A stretch of DNA of 64,000 nucleotides, from NCBI GenBank assembly GCA_013265495.1, contig MU058418.1:2444917-2508916 (forward strand), read 5' to 3'. Within the stretch, counting starts at the first letter, position 1. Every line of letters begins with the position of its first letter. Below the pieces are notes generated by a model. It did no database searches. It was not told where the DNA came from and worked only from the letters and a program-made list of their open reading frames with translations. This document shows positions 13,526 through 26,060 of this stretch, one piece after another. The stretch is from Vicugna vicugna. Taxonomy: Eukaryota. The position numbers and the translations under genes were made by a program.

Positions 13526-14336
13526 CTAGTTTTATTTTCTGGCTGGGGCACACAGCAGGACACAAGGGTCCGTGTGTTGCAGTGTGGTTTGCCCTACTTC
13601 TTGCTTCTGTGCCTGACCCAGGCTGTCCATCCAGCCCCATGACTCTGCTAATTCCATCCTGATCACTGGACAGTGGCTTGCATTGAACCAGCTGCCACTA
13701 GAACACCTCCAGAAATCTCACCTCCTGCCTCAGGTATGCCCCACTACGTTTTCAAATTAAAATCAAATGGAAAGAAAAATTTCAAAGAATTTTATAAATT
13801 GAATGAGCAAAAATCTAGATAAGGCTGTCCTGGTAAGCACTGCTTTTCTCTTTTTTCCTCAATTCTTTCCCCTCAGAGAGATAAGGGCAGATCATTTTGG
13901 AGGAGGGTACTTTGCCAGGTGAGCCCTCAGGTGTGGGCAGGTAGGTGCAGGGGGTTCGGGGGAACTGCCTGACAGTAGCTCATCCACTCAGCCTGCCAGT
14001 GTTTCTAAAGAAGTTCCTTAGTGTTTAACCCAGAGGTCCAGGAACAATGTTCTCTGCTTAGCGGGTTAATAGAATTGTACAAGGCAGGGAAATACTGCCA
14101 CCTGTTGATCATCTAGAATCCCTGTTTGAGCACAAATTTCCAAGTACACATACTCTTAAAAATTTACTTTAGCCTTCTACTAGTGCTGGCTACTTAGAAA
14201 ATTCAGTATCTTATGTTCTTGCCCAATATGTCCATTCTTACACAAATAACAGGTAAACAGACCTAAAAATCACCTTTCAATATCAGTTCTCTATTCTTAA
14301 AGTCACCTCTGAATAACCAGGTGCCCATTTCATATA

Positions 14337-14460
14337 CAGTTGGCCCTCTGCATCCACGTGTATCTGCATCCAGCAGAGGGCAGACTGCAGGGGACTGGAG
14401 CATCCGCGGTATCTGTAGGGGTCCTGGAACCAATCCCCAGCAGATACCGAGGGACAATTG
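14337..14460 (-). mobile_element. Short MER2-like TcMar-Tigger MITE with TA target duplication
   Basis: TA|CAGTTGGCCCTC...GAGGGACAATTG|TA terminal inverted repeats; ggggtcctggaaccaatcccc signature. Confidence 0.85.
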
Positions 14461-15582
14461 TACATGTATAAAAGTTATGTGGGATCAGAGGAGTAAAGGA
14501 GTGTTCAACTGCAAGTTTGGAATTCTGGTCTCTGTCGTTGCCTGACCATCAACTGGCTGTGGGACTGGGCGAGCGCCTTCACTTCACAGGCCCTCTGGTA
14601 GGTGGGGAAAGTAGGGACTTTCAGTTCCAACACTATAACATTCTGGGTACCTAATAACAAAGCATGACAAGGCCTTCCAAGTGGATTTTCTGAACTAAAT
14701 ATAACATCACAAATATTACATCAGAAAAGTTCTATTTTAAGAAAATGAATAGAAAGAGCTCTCTTGGGGGCTGTCCTCTGGCTCAAAGCGAGAGAATGAC
14801 TGTGGAAATGGCTGGGCATCCTTCCTCCCCACATTCCTCTGAATGGTTCACCTCTGGCCCTTTCAAGCAGAGGGTGGGGTGTGCTCAAACCATCCTTGAC
14901 CGCTACTGCCACTAGGAGCCCAGATCCCCCCCACGGAGTGCAGGCACTGGGGCTTCCCCACCTGAAGAAGCCCTGGGGCCATCAGCCAGACACTGGAGGT
15001 GAGCGATCCCTCCTTACTGCCCAGGACACCTGTGTTCGTGGCCCTGGAGCTCTGAGGGTTTGTGGCAACAGTTAGAATGTTTTCTCACACCTGGAAGTGT
15101 CTTCCAGGTTGGACAGTCAGCCCTAGAAACCGAAGAACTAAGGGGGTTCACAGATACATGTACAGTCCTGATTTGTTATATACCTTCAGATAGAAATATG
15201 TTACACATATGTTAAAATAAGAAAGTCAATTGTAAATCACAGTAATCAAAAAGCCTTATTCTGTAAAATTTTCAAAATACTACTATGCTCATTAACCGTA
15301 TGTATTAGTTTTAAACTGTGCTTCCTTATTTCATCTAACTCATTCTCAGATGTCCTATCTCAGAATTGGATTTGGTTAGTCTACACCTCAGACTCTATTG
15401 TTTCCAGGCATTAGAATAACTTGTCAGCCACTCCCACCAGCAGCAAATCTCTTTCCTCATTTAAGCCCTACCCAGTGATGACTTTAGAATTTGAGGTATA
15501 CTCTCCCCAAAGGAGAATTTTTTTTCATAGTTTCTGCCTTGTCTCTCCAAGTCCCTGCTAAGCAACTCCTGTAGCCCTCAAA

Positions 15583-15780
15583 GCAGTGATATGCTGGTAA
15601 ATATTTAACAGTCACCCCCACCCACAGGGGCCAGGAAGCCCTGATGTGTGGTGTTTGCCAGTTTCCATGGTGTAAATGCCCCTGTTCCTATTCCTGCCCC
15701 AGCCAGTTTCAAGCTGCTGGGATGTGACTGAACAGAGTTGGGAAGAAATGTGCACAACTAGCAAGTGCCAGCCCCACTGC
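15583..15780. mobile_element. MER63-like hAT-Blackjack element
   Basis: cagtgatatgctggtaaatatttaaca...tttgccagtttccatggtgtaaat...gagttgggaagaaatgtgcac. Confidence 0.75.
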
Positions 15781-17269
15781 CATCCCCACCCAGCACATCT
15801 CTGCAAAGTGAACCCACTTTCAAAACTAAGGAATTCTAAAAGACACACTTTTCCTCCATGTTTGCATATAGAGCAGAAAATGTTATTTGTAATGTAAAAC
15901 ATTATTTTAATAATCTGCAAAAAAGTTGATACAAAACTATTTTTTCCAGACCCCCCCCCCCCACTGAAAGGCCTGGGAGAGTCTCCCCAGTTCCTGCAGA
16001 TGCAGTAAACAACAGTGTGGGAGGAAGGGGAGTCACCTATTTTATTACTGCAAAATCACGAAAGTGAGAGAAAAGTCTGGGAAGGAGGGCCAGATGCAAG
16101 TAAATATGACATGGACAGATAAGGCTGAAAAAGGAGGTGGGTAGCAGTACATTTCAAACTGAAATCTCTCAATGGGGCCGAGCCCTTGGGGAGAAGCAAG
16201 CTGAATGCCAGAAGTGTGAATGGCAGCCCATTCCGCAGTCCCGGTGAGCCCTGCTCCGCACCCATCAAAGCTCTGAGTGACTTGAGAGAGCTCGCACTTC
16301 AGGGAAATAAGAGATGAAGCAGGGTCCCAGGGAATCCATGAAAAGATGAACAGTGACCTCATTCAGACCTGGCTAGGGGTCAGCACAGCTGACAGTACAT
16401 GGCTCAGGTCTTTTACAAGTCACTGAAGCTTAGTGGGAGACAACCAGGCTCGGAAAAAACTGCAAGGAAGCAAAAGTGTTTTCCTTCTTCCCGTCCTAAT
16501 CCTCTCTCTTCCTCTCCCCGTTTGTCTGGCTGCTGGCTGCCTTCCAACTAATCCACACACCCAAGAGGATTGGCCAGTCTGCTTCAACTAAGAATTCCCT
16601 TCAAAAAGCAATTTGCATTTTATTAATGGATCCAGAGAGACAGAAAAGCCTTCAAGAAATCAGCAGTCAGTGCAAGCAGGTGGGGGTGGAGGCTGCTCTG
16701 CCTCCCCAGGAGGCCGGGGCTTGGTCCCAAACACGAGTCTTGAGAGAGCAAGGCCGAAGAAGTCAAACACATTCATACAGAGGGGGAGCACCTTCTGCGG
16801 GGGGACTAAATGAGAGTAAATGAATTTACATTTCAGGATAAACTATACAACAGATATGAGAAACAAACCACAGAGGACAATAATTGTTTTAAATAATTTA
16901 CCACCTTGGACTGGGCTGTCCTATCATCATCTGATTTCCCTTTCTTTCCCTCTTAGATGCTGTATATAGTTAGTTTGGTATTTTTGTTTGTTTGTTTTTG
17001 TTTTTTTAGTTTTAGTTTTTAAGTTAAATTGATTAAGGTATAATTTTGCTTTTAGAATTATCCTTAAAGCTTTATTAAATGACATACCCAGAGGCATCAT
17101 GGGAATAGTTTGGAAATGATAGTGGTTTTTTCCTTTCATCTTTGCACAAAGCAAATTAATCAAAATTGACATAATTAAGCAGAAACTTCTCCAGGAATGT
17201 CTATTAAAATGACCTCTACGCGGCTGATTATGAGTTCCACATACTTTCTATCTGCCTCTTTGTTCATTC

Positions 17270-20200
17270 ATTTTAAAAAGTTTATTCCTTTATCTTCATA
17301 CTCCACACCCGTCTTTCTCCCATCATGTTCATGTAGGCAAATGTGCCAATAATTTTCATATATGTATTTCTGCATATGTGTTCCTATAAAATTTATGTTG
17401 TAGTTTTGTATACTTGGCCATTTATTTAAGTTAGTGTTATTGTGTTCTGTACCTTGCATTGTTACTTTGTTCACTGAGCATTGAGTTTTCAGTATCCACC
17501 CAGCCTGCTCTCTCATGGTGACCTGAATGAGCACAGCTGCTGCACAGTACCCCAGGCCATGCCTCACCACGTTTTACCTCTGTTCTCCTTGTGAGGGACA
17601 CTGAGTTCATTTCCAACTCTTTGCCACCACAAACAATACTGTAATGAACAGTCTCCTTAGGGAGCTGATGAGAGTTTCTTTGGGATAAACACACAGGAGA
17701 GAACTGACAGGTCACTGGGGATGCAGATACTACATTTTTCTAAGTAGGACCAGAAAGCTTTCTGCTCTTTCTGGAAAGAGTGAAACAGTCATTCCTTCTG
17801 TTGAGCAGGAAGGGTTCCTACATCCTTACTAATATCTAACATTATTCAACTTCAATTTTTGCCCAGCTAATTAGTATAATTAATATCTCATTGTTGTTTT
17901 CATTTGCATTGTCTGATTACTAATTGTCTGAAGCATCACTTCCTATGCATTACACAGTGATGTTCTATCCTTTGCCCATTTTCTACCGAGGCTTCTGTCT
18001 TTTTTTTTATTTGAAGGAAGTTCTTATATAGTCTAAATATTAATCTCACGTTTAGTTTAGACTTTGAAATCGTTTTCTCTTGCCCTACTATCTCTGCATT
18101 ATCTTTGTTTTTTCCTGGAAAATAATGTTTAATTTTGAGTGAATCCAATTCATTTATTTGTTGTTACTTTTGCAATGTATTTTGTGCTTTTAAAGTTGTG
18201 TTTAAAAAGTCCCTGTTTCTGAGTCACAAAGATGACTCCTATATTTTCTTGGATTAACTTTATAATTTGATCTTTTATATTTTCATTTTTAGTTTACCTC
18301 TAGTCCACCAGTGATATGGCATTGCGTAGGATCCAGTTTTATTTTTCTCTATATAGTGAAACAGATTTCCCAACACCCTTTACTAAATAGTCTATCTTTT
18401 CCCTATGACTGTCACCTCTCTCTATCCTATTAGTCTCCACTTACACTTGGATTTGTCTCTGAGCTCTCTGTTCTGTTCGTTAATCTATTTGCCTGTTCTT
18501 ATTCCAAAACTAAACTGAAATAATTAATAATTTGGTTCTATAGTATGTCAATATCTAGTAGCATTAGCCCCCTTCCTACCTTTACTTTTCCTTTTTAAGG
18601 TTGATTACTCATGAATCTTTATTTCTTCATATAAATGTTAGAGTAAGTTAATTAAGTTCCTCAAGAAAATTCAGCTAAAATGTTGATTGAAATAGCATTT
18701 GATTTATAGTTCACTTTGAGGAATAATCAACATCTTTATAATATCATTATCACACCATTTAAGAGTATGGACAATCTCTCCATTTATTAGCATATTCTAT
18801 GCTGTTTATAACAGTATTAAAGTTTTCTCCATAGAATTATCATGTAGTCTTGGTCAAGTGAACTGGATATTTTGTGCGGTTTTGTTTCTATTATGAATGG
18901 TATCTTAAATCTGATTGTATAGTGTAAGAGATACTATTAATTTTTACAGGTTGATCTTTATCTATCAATACTGTTAAATTTCTATTACTGCCAATAATTT
19001 ATAATTATTGTTATTTTTCTAGAAAGACAATTATATCTATTGAAAATACTGAAAGTTTCAACTCTTCCCATTCAGTCTATACACATACACTTTTTCCCTT
19101 TCCAATATTGTCGAGAACCCTATTCCTCCGCAAGGTAGTATTAAGCGCTATAAGTACTAACAGTGGTGGTGGCAGTAGTGGTAGTAGTAGGTATTGGCAT
19201 GTAAGGGATATTGTTCTTATCCCTATCTAAAATTTTTTCATTATGCATAAGAGTGTATTTGCTGTTAAGATTTTGGTATATAAGCTTTATCAGTTTAAGG
19301 ACATTTTCTTCTACCCCTAGTTTGGTAAGAGTGGTTATCATAAACAGGTATTGATCCTTGTCAAAAGCTTTTTCTGCAAGGGTTGAGGTAATCATATAAT
19401 TTTCCTTCCTATGTTTGGAATGTGGGGCATTACATTGATTTTCTGATGCTGAGATATCCTTTTCTTCCTGGCATAAAGTCATTTGATTTTGATGTATTAT
19501 TTTTCTTTTAAATAAACTGATGTATTCAGTGAATATTTCACTCTCTGCTTCTGTACATATGTTCATAGTGAAATAAGTCTATAATTTTCTTTGTCTTCTG
19601 TCTCTGCAATTGAGAGTACACTAAATTCCTAAAATGAATGAGGCAGCTTTCATTTTTCCCATTTTCTGGTACAACTTATATAAGATGGGAGTAGCTGTTC
19701 CTTGAAAGTTTGGTGAAACATACACGTGAGACTCTCTGAGCCTGGGATTTTTTTTAGAAGGTAGGTCTTTGACCGCCTTTCCAACTTGTTGACCTAGTTA
19801 AAGCTCTCTATTTTTTTCTGTTACAATTTAAGCATTTCATATTTTTCTGTACGTTTGTTTCTTTCACCTAGGCCTTCAAATTGGGGCAGATATGTGTCCA
19901 TGTGCTCTTCCATTCTCTCTATTGTAGTTATTTCCCTCTTTTTATTCTGTATTTTTTAATTTATGTCTTCTCTTTTTTTTCTTTATCAGTCTTGCCAGAG
20001 ATTTGTTGGTATTTGAAAAAAAATTTTTGTTGATTTTGTGAATTGTTTTTCGTTGTTCCCTATCTTATCTAATTCTGCCCTTATAATTATTTCCTTCTTT
20101 CTTGTGTGCCTCATTGCTCTTTTCTAAATTCTCTTATTGATTGTTCACTTCATTTATTATTTGATATTCTTTGTTTCCTGATAAATGTATTTGAAATATA

Positions 20201-21650
20201 CAGTTGAATGCCACAATTTTGATGTGTAGTATTCACTGTAGTCCTGGTATTTCTTAAAAATTCCTTTATGATTTTTCTCTGTAACTCAAAGTTTGTTTAG
20301 TAGTCTGTTAATTTGTTTCCTGACAAAAGAGATTATTAAGTTCTATTTTTCTTGTTAGTCTCGGAATGTATTCATTATTAATTTGTTGCCTAAAACATGA
20401 TCTATTTTTGTAAATGTTTCATATCTGCTTGAAAAGAAATTATTGTTTCATTTTATTGTTATGTCTTTATCTCTGCTTTTTCTTTCTTTCCTTTTTTTTG
20501 AGGGGGGCAGGTGCGAGGTCTACTTGATCAATCTTTCTCCAGCTACAGTTGTAGGATTATCTAGTTCTCTCTGTCATTCTTTGAAGCTTTCTTATTAGGT
20601 ATATATAAGACCATAATGGACATATTTTTTCTTACTATTATTCCTTTTATGTATATATAATGTCTATCATCTGTCCTCTGTGATTTTTTGCCTTAAATTT
20701 TTATTTTGTAAGATATTAATATTGCTACTTTAATTTGTTTCATTCATAATTAGCTGGTATTTTTTTTACCTATTTTTATTGTCAACTTTCCATATTTTGT
20801 CATAAATGTGTCTTTTGTAGACAACTTACTGTTGTATCACATTTTGTTTGTTTTTGAATCCACTCTGAGAGTCTCTGCCTTTGGTGAATTTAACCTTTCT
20901 GATGCTATAGTTCCATTTAGTTCCACTATCTCATTTATTTATTTATTTTTTTATAGTCACCATAATGCACATTACAACCCCAGGATTTATTTATCTTATA
21001 ACTGGAAGTTTATACCTTTGACCACCTTCACCCATTTTGCCCACTCCCTGACCCTCACCTCTGGCAATCACCCATCTGTTTTCTGTATCTATACGTCCGT
21101 TTTTTTTTTTTTTTTTAGGAAATTCTCCTTGAAGGCTGTGCTGAGAAAAGTAAACAGTTGAAGGATGAGGGAGCCAATTTGGCAGAAAATAAAAGGTATG
21201 TTTTTAGAGTTTTCTTATAGAGAACAGTTTTGGTTTTTGATAGGGCAGAGTATTCCTGAGATCACCCAGAGATCTAAAGTCTGGCCCATGTGCCTTTGAC
21301 TGGTGTCTCCCGTGTGGTGTCGAAGAGTTTGAGGAATTACAAGAAATAGTGCTAAATGGGAGGCCTTCTTTTCCTTTTCTGGGTTCTTTTTTCTTCTTTT
21401 TTTTTTTTTTCAGATTCTACATATAAATGAGATCATACAGTATTTGTCTTTCTCATTTACTTAGCGTAACGCCCTCAAGGTCCATCCATGTTGTCACCAC
21501 TATCTTATTTTGCATTTGATTTATTTTCTTTCTTTTCTCTATTCCTAAATTCCACTGCATGTATCAAGTTTTTCCCAAATGCATTGCTGTCTATATATCC
21601 CTGCTTACTCTACCATAATCTCATATCCTCTTGGGTTCCTGCCCACTCTG
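17270..21650 (-). mobile_element. Old L1 (L1M/L1ME-like) ORF2 and 3' UTR remnant, interrupted by a younger L1
   Basis: ORF 19141..19566 contains ENYMITSTLAEKAFDKDQYLFMITTLTKLGVEENVLKLIKLIY (L1 RT motif). T-rich antisense composition over about 4 kb. Confidence 0.85.
20937..21496 (-). mobile_element. Younger 5'-truncated L1 3' end (L1MA9-like) with 14-bp TSD, carrying a 280-bp nested insert
   Basis: atagtcaccat...tcttataactggaagttt..acctttgaccacc...cagattctacatataaatgagatcatacagtatttgtc. TSD CCACTATCT[C/T]ATTT at 20923-20936 and 21497-21510. Confidence 0.85.
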
Positions 21651-21699
21651 CCCCCTATATCATGTTGATAGAATTTTAGTTCTGGATTTTACATGGGAG

Positions 21700-22210
21700 G
21701 GCTTTTTCCCTTCTGACACCAGATATGTGGTGTCTTTTCCAACACTACTCTCCAACTCTCCAACACCAACCAGATGTCCTATAATTCAATTCTGACACTA
21801 GCTACCCAGAATTAGTCAGATTCCACAGGTTTAAGGACTTAGCCCTTGGGACTGCCCTCACTTCAGAAGCTAGCATTGAGTTCCTGGGATACCTATGCAT
21901 CTGTCCAATTAAGCTACAAAGTGAGAGGTTTGCACAACCCTCACCCAAGGCTTGATAATTTGCTGGAATGAGTCAGAGTTCAGGAAAATACCATACTTAC
22001 TACTACAGTTTGTTACAAAGATTGTAAAATAAAATAAACAGCCAGGGGAAGCGGTATGCAGGACAAGGTCCAAAAGGGTCCTGAGCACAGGAGCCTCTGT
22101 CCCTGTGGAGTTGGGGCGCACCACCCTCCAAGCGTGTGCATGTGTTCACCAACTTGGAAGTTTCCCAGACCCTATAGTTTAAGGGTTTTTATGGAGTTTG
22201 CATAAAAAAA
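21700..22210 (-). mobile_element. MER21-family LTR (partial)
   Basis: gatgtcctataattcaattctgacact...gactgccctcacttcaga...ggagcctctgtccctgtggagttggggcgcaccaccctcc...gtttttatggag. Confidence 0.82.
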
Positions 22211-22859
22211 TCAATCTCAGTGATGAAAGGAAATTTCCCTCCGTAGGGTCATGCCAAAGTCCCAAGAGAATGAGCCTTTTGCAGCCTAGACTGTTTTGGA
22301 AAGGGCATCTTCGTTTCAATTCCTGCTGGCCTCTCTTGGAGGACTGCAGTTTTTGGACAGAGGCAGCTCTCCTGCTTCTCTGCCAGGCACCAGCCCAGGG
22401 GGATTTCTCTGAGATTTTCAAAGCAACAACTGAAAACGTACACTTCCTCTCCTCAAATGCACACCATTTTCTGGGGCTAAACAGAAGTTGGATGAGACCA
22501 ACCTTCATAGATCAGGATCCAGGTCCCCTGATCTTCTTTCAGTTATAGGGACTTCCTCTCCCCTTCCTTTTTAAATCAGGACCATTTCCATCTCTTTATC
22601 TTTCAAAAGTGCCTCCACCCACTCTGGGGTGGGACCATCCAGCCTACTGCCCCTATATGAGTTTGAAACACTAAAGCTCTCTCTCTCCCCTGTGGGGTGC
22701 TGAGTTTCAGGACAACAGCTCATATCTTCAATGACACAGTGCTACTTTCTCCAAAGATGAGGCTGGGAAAAGATGAACCAGCTAGGTTTTGCTTATTTCT
22801 TTATTTTTAATTCTTACTTTGTTATATAGATGTTATGTCAACACTTTCAGTAGTCCCCG

Positions 22860-23190
22860 CGATTCACTGCCCAGGTCCTCTTCAGTGTTTGGGTCACTTT
22901 CCTTACTCCAGGGGGCAGCCATGGTCCAGCAGCCGACTGATGCGGGATTTCAGTGAGGTATGAAGGCTTGGCCCCCTTGACTCAAGGTGGTACAACTCTG
23001 AAAGGCCATCCACTGGCACTCCCTGTGAAACCAGCTGAGACACTGTGGCTGATGGTCCCAACTTCTCTCCCTGCCCACTCTGCTTCCTTCCCTTCCCCTC
23101 CACATGCTGGCCTATGAAAGCATACTCCAAGGAGCTTCCTGCACACAGATCTCTGCCTCAAAGACAGTCTCCTAAGACAAGCCCTAAGAG
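22860..23190 (+). mobile_element. ERVL LTR (LTR16C-like)
   Basis: ggcccccttgactcaaggtggtacaactctgaaaggcca...cttctctccctgcccactctgcttccttccc...cttcctgcacacagatctc. Confidence 0.7.
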
Positions 23191-23434
23191 ATAGGTATCA
23201 TTTATTCACACTTTATAGATGTGGAAACTGAGGCTCTGGGAGTGTAACTGAGGCCCTGGGAGTGTAACCTGGTCAAATGGTAAACTTGATATTTGATTAT
23301 AAAATCTGTCTGGCTCCCAAGCCTTTGAAAATCTTTCGTCCAGCAAGGGCAGGAATGTAGAGTAAGAACAATCATTCAACTACTCCTCCCAGGTCCTTCC
23401 TACCAGGCATCATGTCCCAAACCCATAGTTACAT

Positions 23435-23462
23435 CACACACACACACACACACACACACACA
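23435..23462. repeat. (CA)14 microsatellite
   Basis: Direct reading. Confidence 0.95.
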
Positions 23463-24039
23463 ATGTCAACCTTGAAGCAAACAAACTTAAAGTCATAGTA
23501 TAACACCAGGGTTACCATCTCTTTTCATGTTGGAAATTCCCAAAGAGAAGTGGGGAGACGCAGGTCACAAAGGTAAGCTTCAAATGCTTTGCAACTTCAG
23601 CAGCCCTATGCCAGGCTCCGGGGCTGGGAAAGAGGGCTCTGGCTGACTGGCATTTGCTTGGGGCTGAGGCTGTGTTTCCCTTGCAGGATCCTGAAGAGGG
23701 GCCTCCAACCAGGCTCCAGGAATGGCTGCCCCCACGAAGGCTCCTCTGCCTCCCCTGACTTCCACCTCTTGTCCTCCTCCCATTCCTGAAAAGCTCAGAA
23801 AGGGGGAGGGTGTGTGTGTGCCGGTTTTCAGTTTCCAATGCAGAGCCAGGAGTTGATGCCTTCTTTAAGAACAAATGCCACCTGCTGTCAGAGCACAGCT
23901 AAGAGCACAGCTAACAACGCTCCCTCTGGGGCCTTCATTATAACGTACTCCCCCTCCCTCCCCCTCATGCCCACATTAACATGCTGCACACTGAAATAGT
24001 TTCAAAGTGTAAGGTCCTTGCCTAGCACTTTTTAAAGAG

Positions 24040-24500
24040 GCGGTCCTGTTCGTGCCGCAGCAGAAACACCCTGAGCCTGCCCGACGTCAGAAATGCGCCC
24101 TGTGCTGTGAGTTCAACTCACCTCACACAGCGAGCCTGCTGCTCTCCCTCCTCAAAACCCTGCCGGGCTGTGGCATCAACGAGAAAATGCAAGGAACCCC
24201 CAGCTGTGTACAAACCGTGTTGGTGGGTTCATGCCCGGATCCAAAATACCGAGGGCCTGTGTGTGGCTTCGCGGCCCCGAGACCGGCCGCAGCTCAGCCC
24301 CACGCTTTCCGGGTGCCTCTCTGGAGGCCGGAAAAGCGTTCGAGCAGAGGAGGGGCGGGGCCTGCGGCGGGGCGTCACTCAGCGGAGGAAGCCGCCGCCG
24401 GGACAAAGCACTCGGCGCCTGCAACCGTCGGTCTTGCCCCAGGTGCCAGTCAAGTGCTTGCGGCTGAGAGCAACAGCCTCCACTGTGGGTCATTGACGTG
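24040..24500. promoter_or_regulatory. Orphan CpG island, promoter-like
   Basis: Dense CpG. GACGTCA 24083-24089, TTCCGG 24307-24312, CCGGAA 24328-24333, GGGGCGGGG 24352-24360, CGTCA 24373-24377, TGACGTG 24494-24500. Confidence 0.65.
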
Positions 24501-24859
24501 ATAGCTCCAGTTGTCCTGCTGGGCTTCCCCCCGACCCCCTAAATGTTTTATTAAACTATGGGAAGAATAAGAAAGTTGAGTGGATCACCTTAAAAGCTTA
24601 GAAGAGTTCTGCCACTCTGGTTGCAGAGGGGACGCTACCAAGGTAAGAAGCACAGCAGTTTGTGGTGCCACGGCCTCCGCAGGGGCTTGTCCGCTCCTCC
24701 TTTTGGTGGAGCAGCTGTGGTCCCTGAACCCCTGGTCTGTGCACCTCTCCGCAGGGCCCCTCCCCTCCCGAGCACTCCCCATTGCACTCTTGTGCTGTAC
24801 AGAATACTCCGGAATCCCAACCCTGAGGCATCAGAGCTGGGAACACGGTGGTGAGGGGA

Positions 24860-25770
24860 AAAAAAAAATATAAAAACCATCACCGAATTTATCAAGTCTG
24901 AGGGGAAGGCCAACACTGAACACGGAATTAAGACAAATAAAAATAACTGTACCAAGTGCCCAGAAAAGGAGGAACACGGAGCCATGAGAACATGCGACGG
25001 AGACTTGATCTAGTCAGGCGGCCCTAGGAGGTGGTGACTGGCTGACTCTGTGGGAGGAGTGGACTGAGTGGACTGAGGTGAGGTGTGCTGTGAGCCAGAG
25101 CCAGAGAGGCACCAGAACAATGGAAAGTCTTTCAAGTATTCGAAGCTGTCATAGGAAGTAATCAGATTTGCATTAAAAAAAATCTCTATTGGCTGCAGCA
25201 GAGAACAGAATAGGAAGAGCCTGTGGAGACCAGTTAGGAGTTATTGGACCAGAGTGACAGCAGTACAGATGGAGAGGAGTGAACAAGTACTAAAGACCTT
25301 TTTGAAGAAGGATCAGCAAGACTTGGTGGATTTGATATGGGGGTAAGAGAGAGGGAGATGTCAAGGAAGATACGTGGGTTTTGGCTTCATAACTGGTTAT
25401 ATAGTAAGGGAAGGATCAAATTTGAGGAAATATAACACATTTTAGACATGTTTAGTCTGAGGTACTTAGGGGCATTCAAGTTGTGTAGTCAAAGACCTAG
25501 TTGGGCATCCGTGACAGGAGCTCTGGGCAAGGAACCTAATTTGCAGTAGAAGTGGTTACCAAAGCCCTGGGCCTGGACAAGTTCACCCAAGGAGCAGTTA
25601 GCTGAGGAGAGAAGAGGGCTGGGGAAGATGAAGGAACTCCACAAGTTAATGGCAGGCGGAGGAGAATGAGTCCTGCTCAGGAGACTAGGAAGAGCTTCTA
25701 GAGAGCAGGAGGTGAGGCAGGAGAATGTCAGCTCACGGAATTCAATAGAAAAGAACGTGTTTCACAAAGA
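24860..25770 (-). mobile_element. L2 LINE fragment
   Basis: Purine-rich antisense L2 text: atcagatttgcatt...ggagaccagttaggag...caagacttggtg..ttgatatggggg...tttagacatgtttagtctgagg. Confidence 0.7.
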
Positions 25771-25774
25771 GGAT

Positions 25775-26060
25775 TTTGCTTCTAGCCACAGTGGTGTAAG
25801 AGGGCCCAGATTTGTCTCCCTGTTTTAAACACCTCTTAAAACAGACTATATGAAACAATGGTTTTCAGAGATTGAAAAACAGGCAGCGCAGGATGGCTGT
25901 TCCTGAGCAAAGAGAAATCAATGAGTCCTACACTTGCAGTTTTATGCCGCCTACTGCCTGGAGGTTTTCCAGGCTGCAGGGCAGGGAGTGGGACCGTAAG
26001 CAGAACCTGATGGTCTTCCTGGGTCCAGGAGACAGGAATGAGAGTTTGGGGAAGCAGATT
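25775..26060 (+). mobile_element. L1 5' end fragment (L1MC/MD-type 5' UTR)
   Basis: tatatgaaacaatggttttcagaga...actgcctggaggttttccaggctgcagggcaggg resembles the recalled L1MCa 5' end. Confidence 0.6.

Noticed and set aside
16380..16395. REST/RE1-like TCAGCACAGCTGACAG
   Set aside because: Mismatches at key core positions; too weak to call.
19141..19566. 141-aa ORF with a reverse-transcriptase motif
   Set aside because: Decayed L1 ORF2 fragment, not a host gene or novel RT system.
23226..23268. 20-bp near-perfect tandem duplication (similar small ones near 23890 and 39212)
   Set aside because: Ordinary slippage duplications; no spacers, not CRISPR-like.
24052..24985. Stack of 65-149 aa ORFs at the CpG island
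   Set aside because: GC-driven, low-complexity Ala/Arg/Pro/Gly content, no homology recognised.
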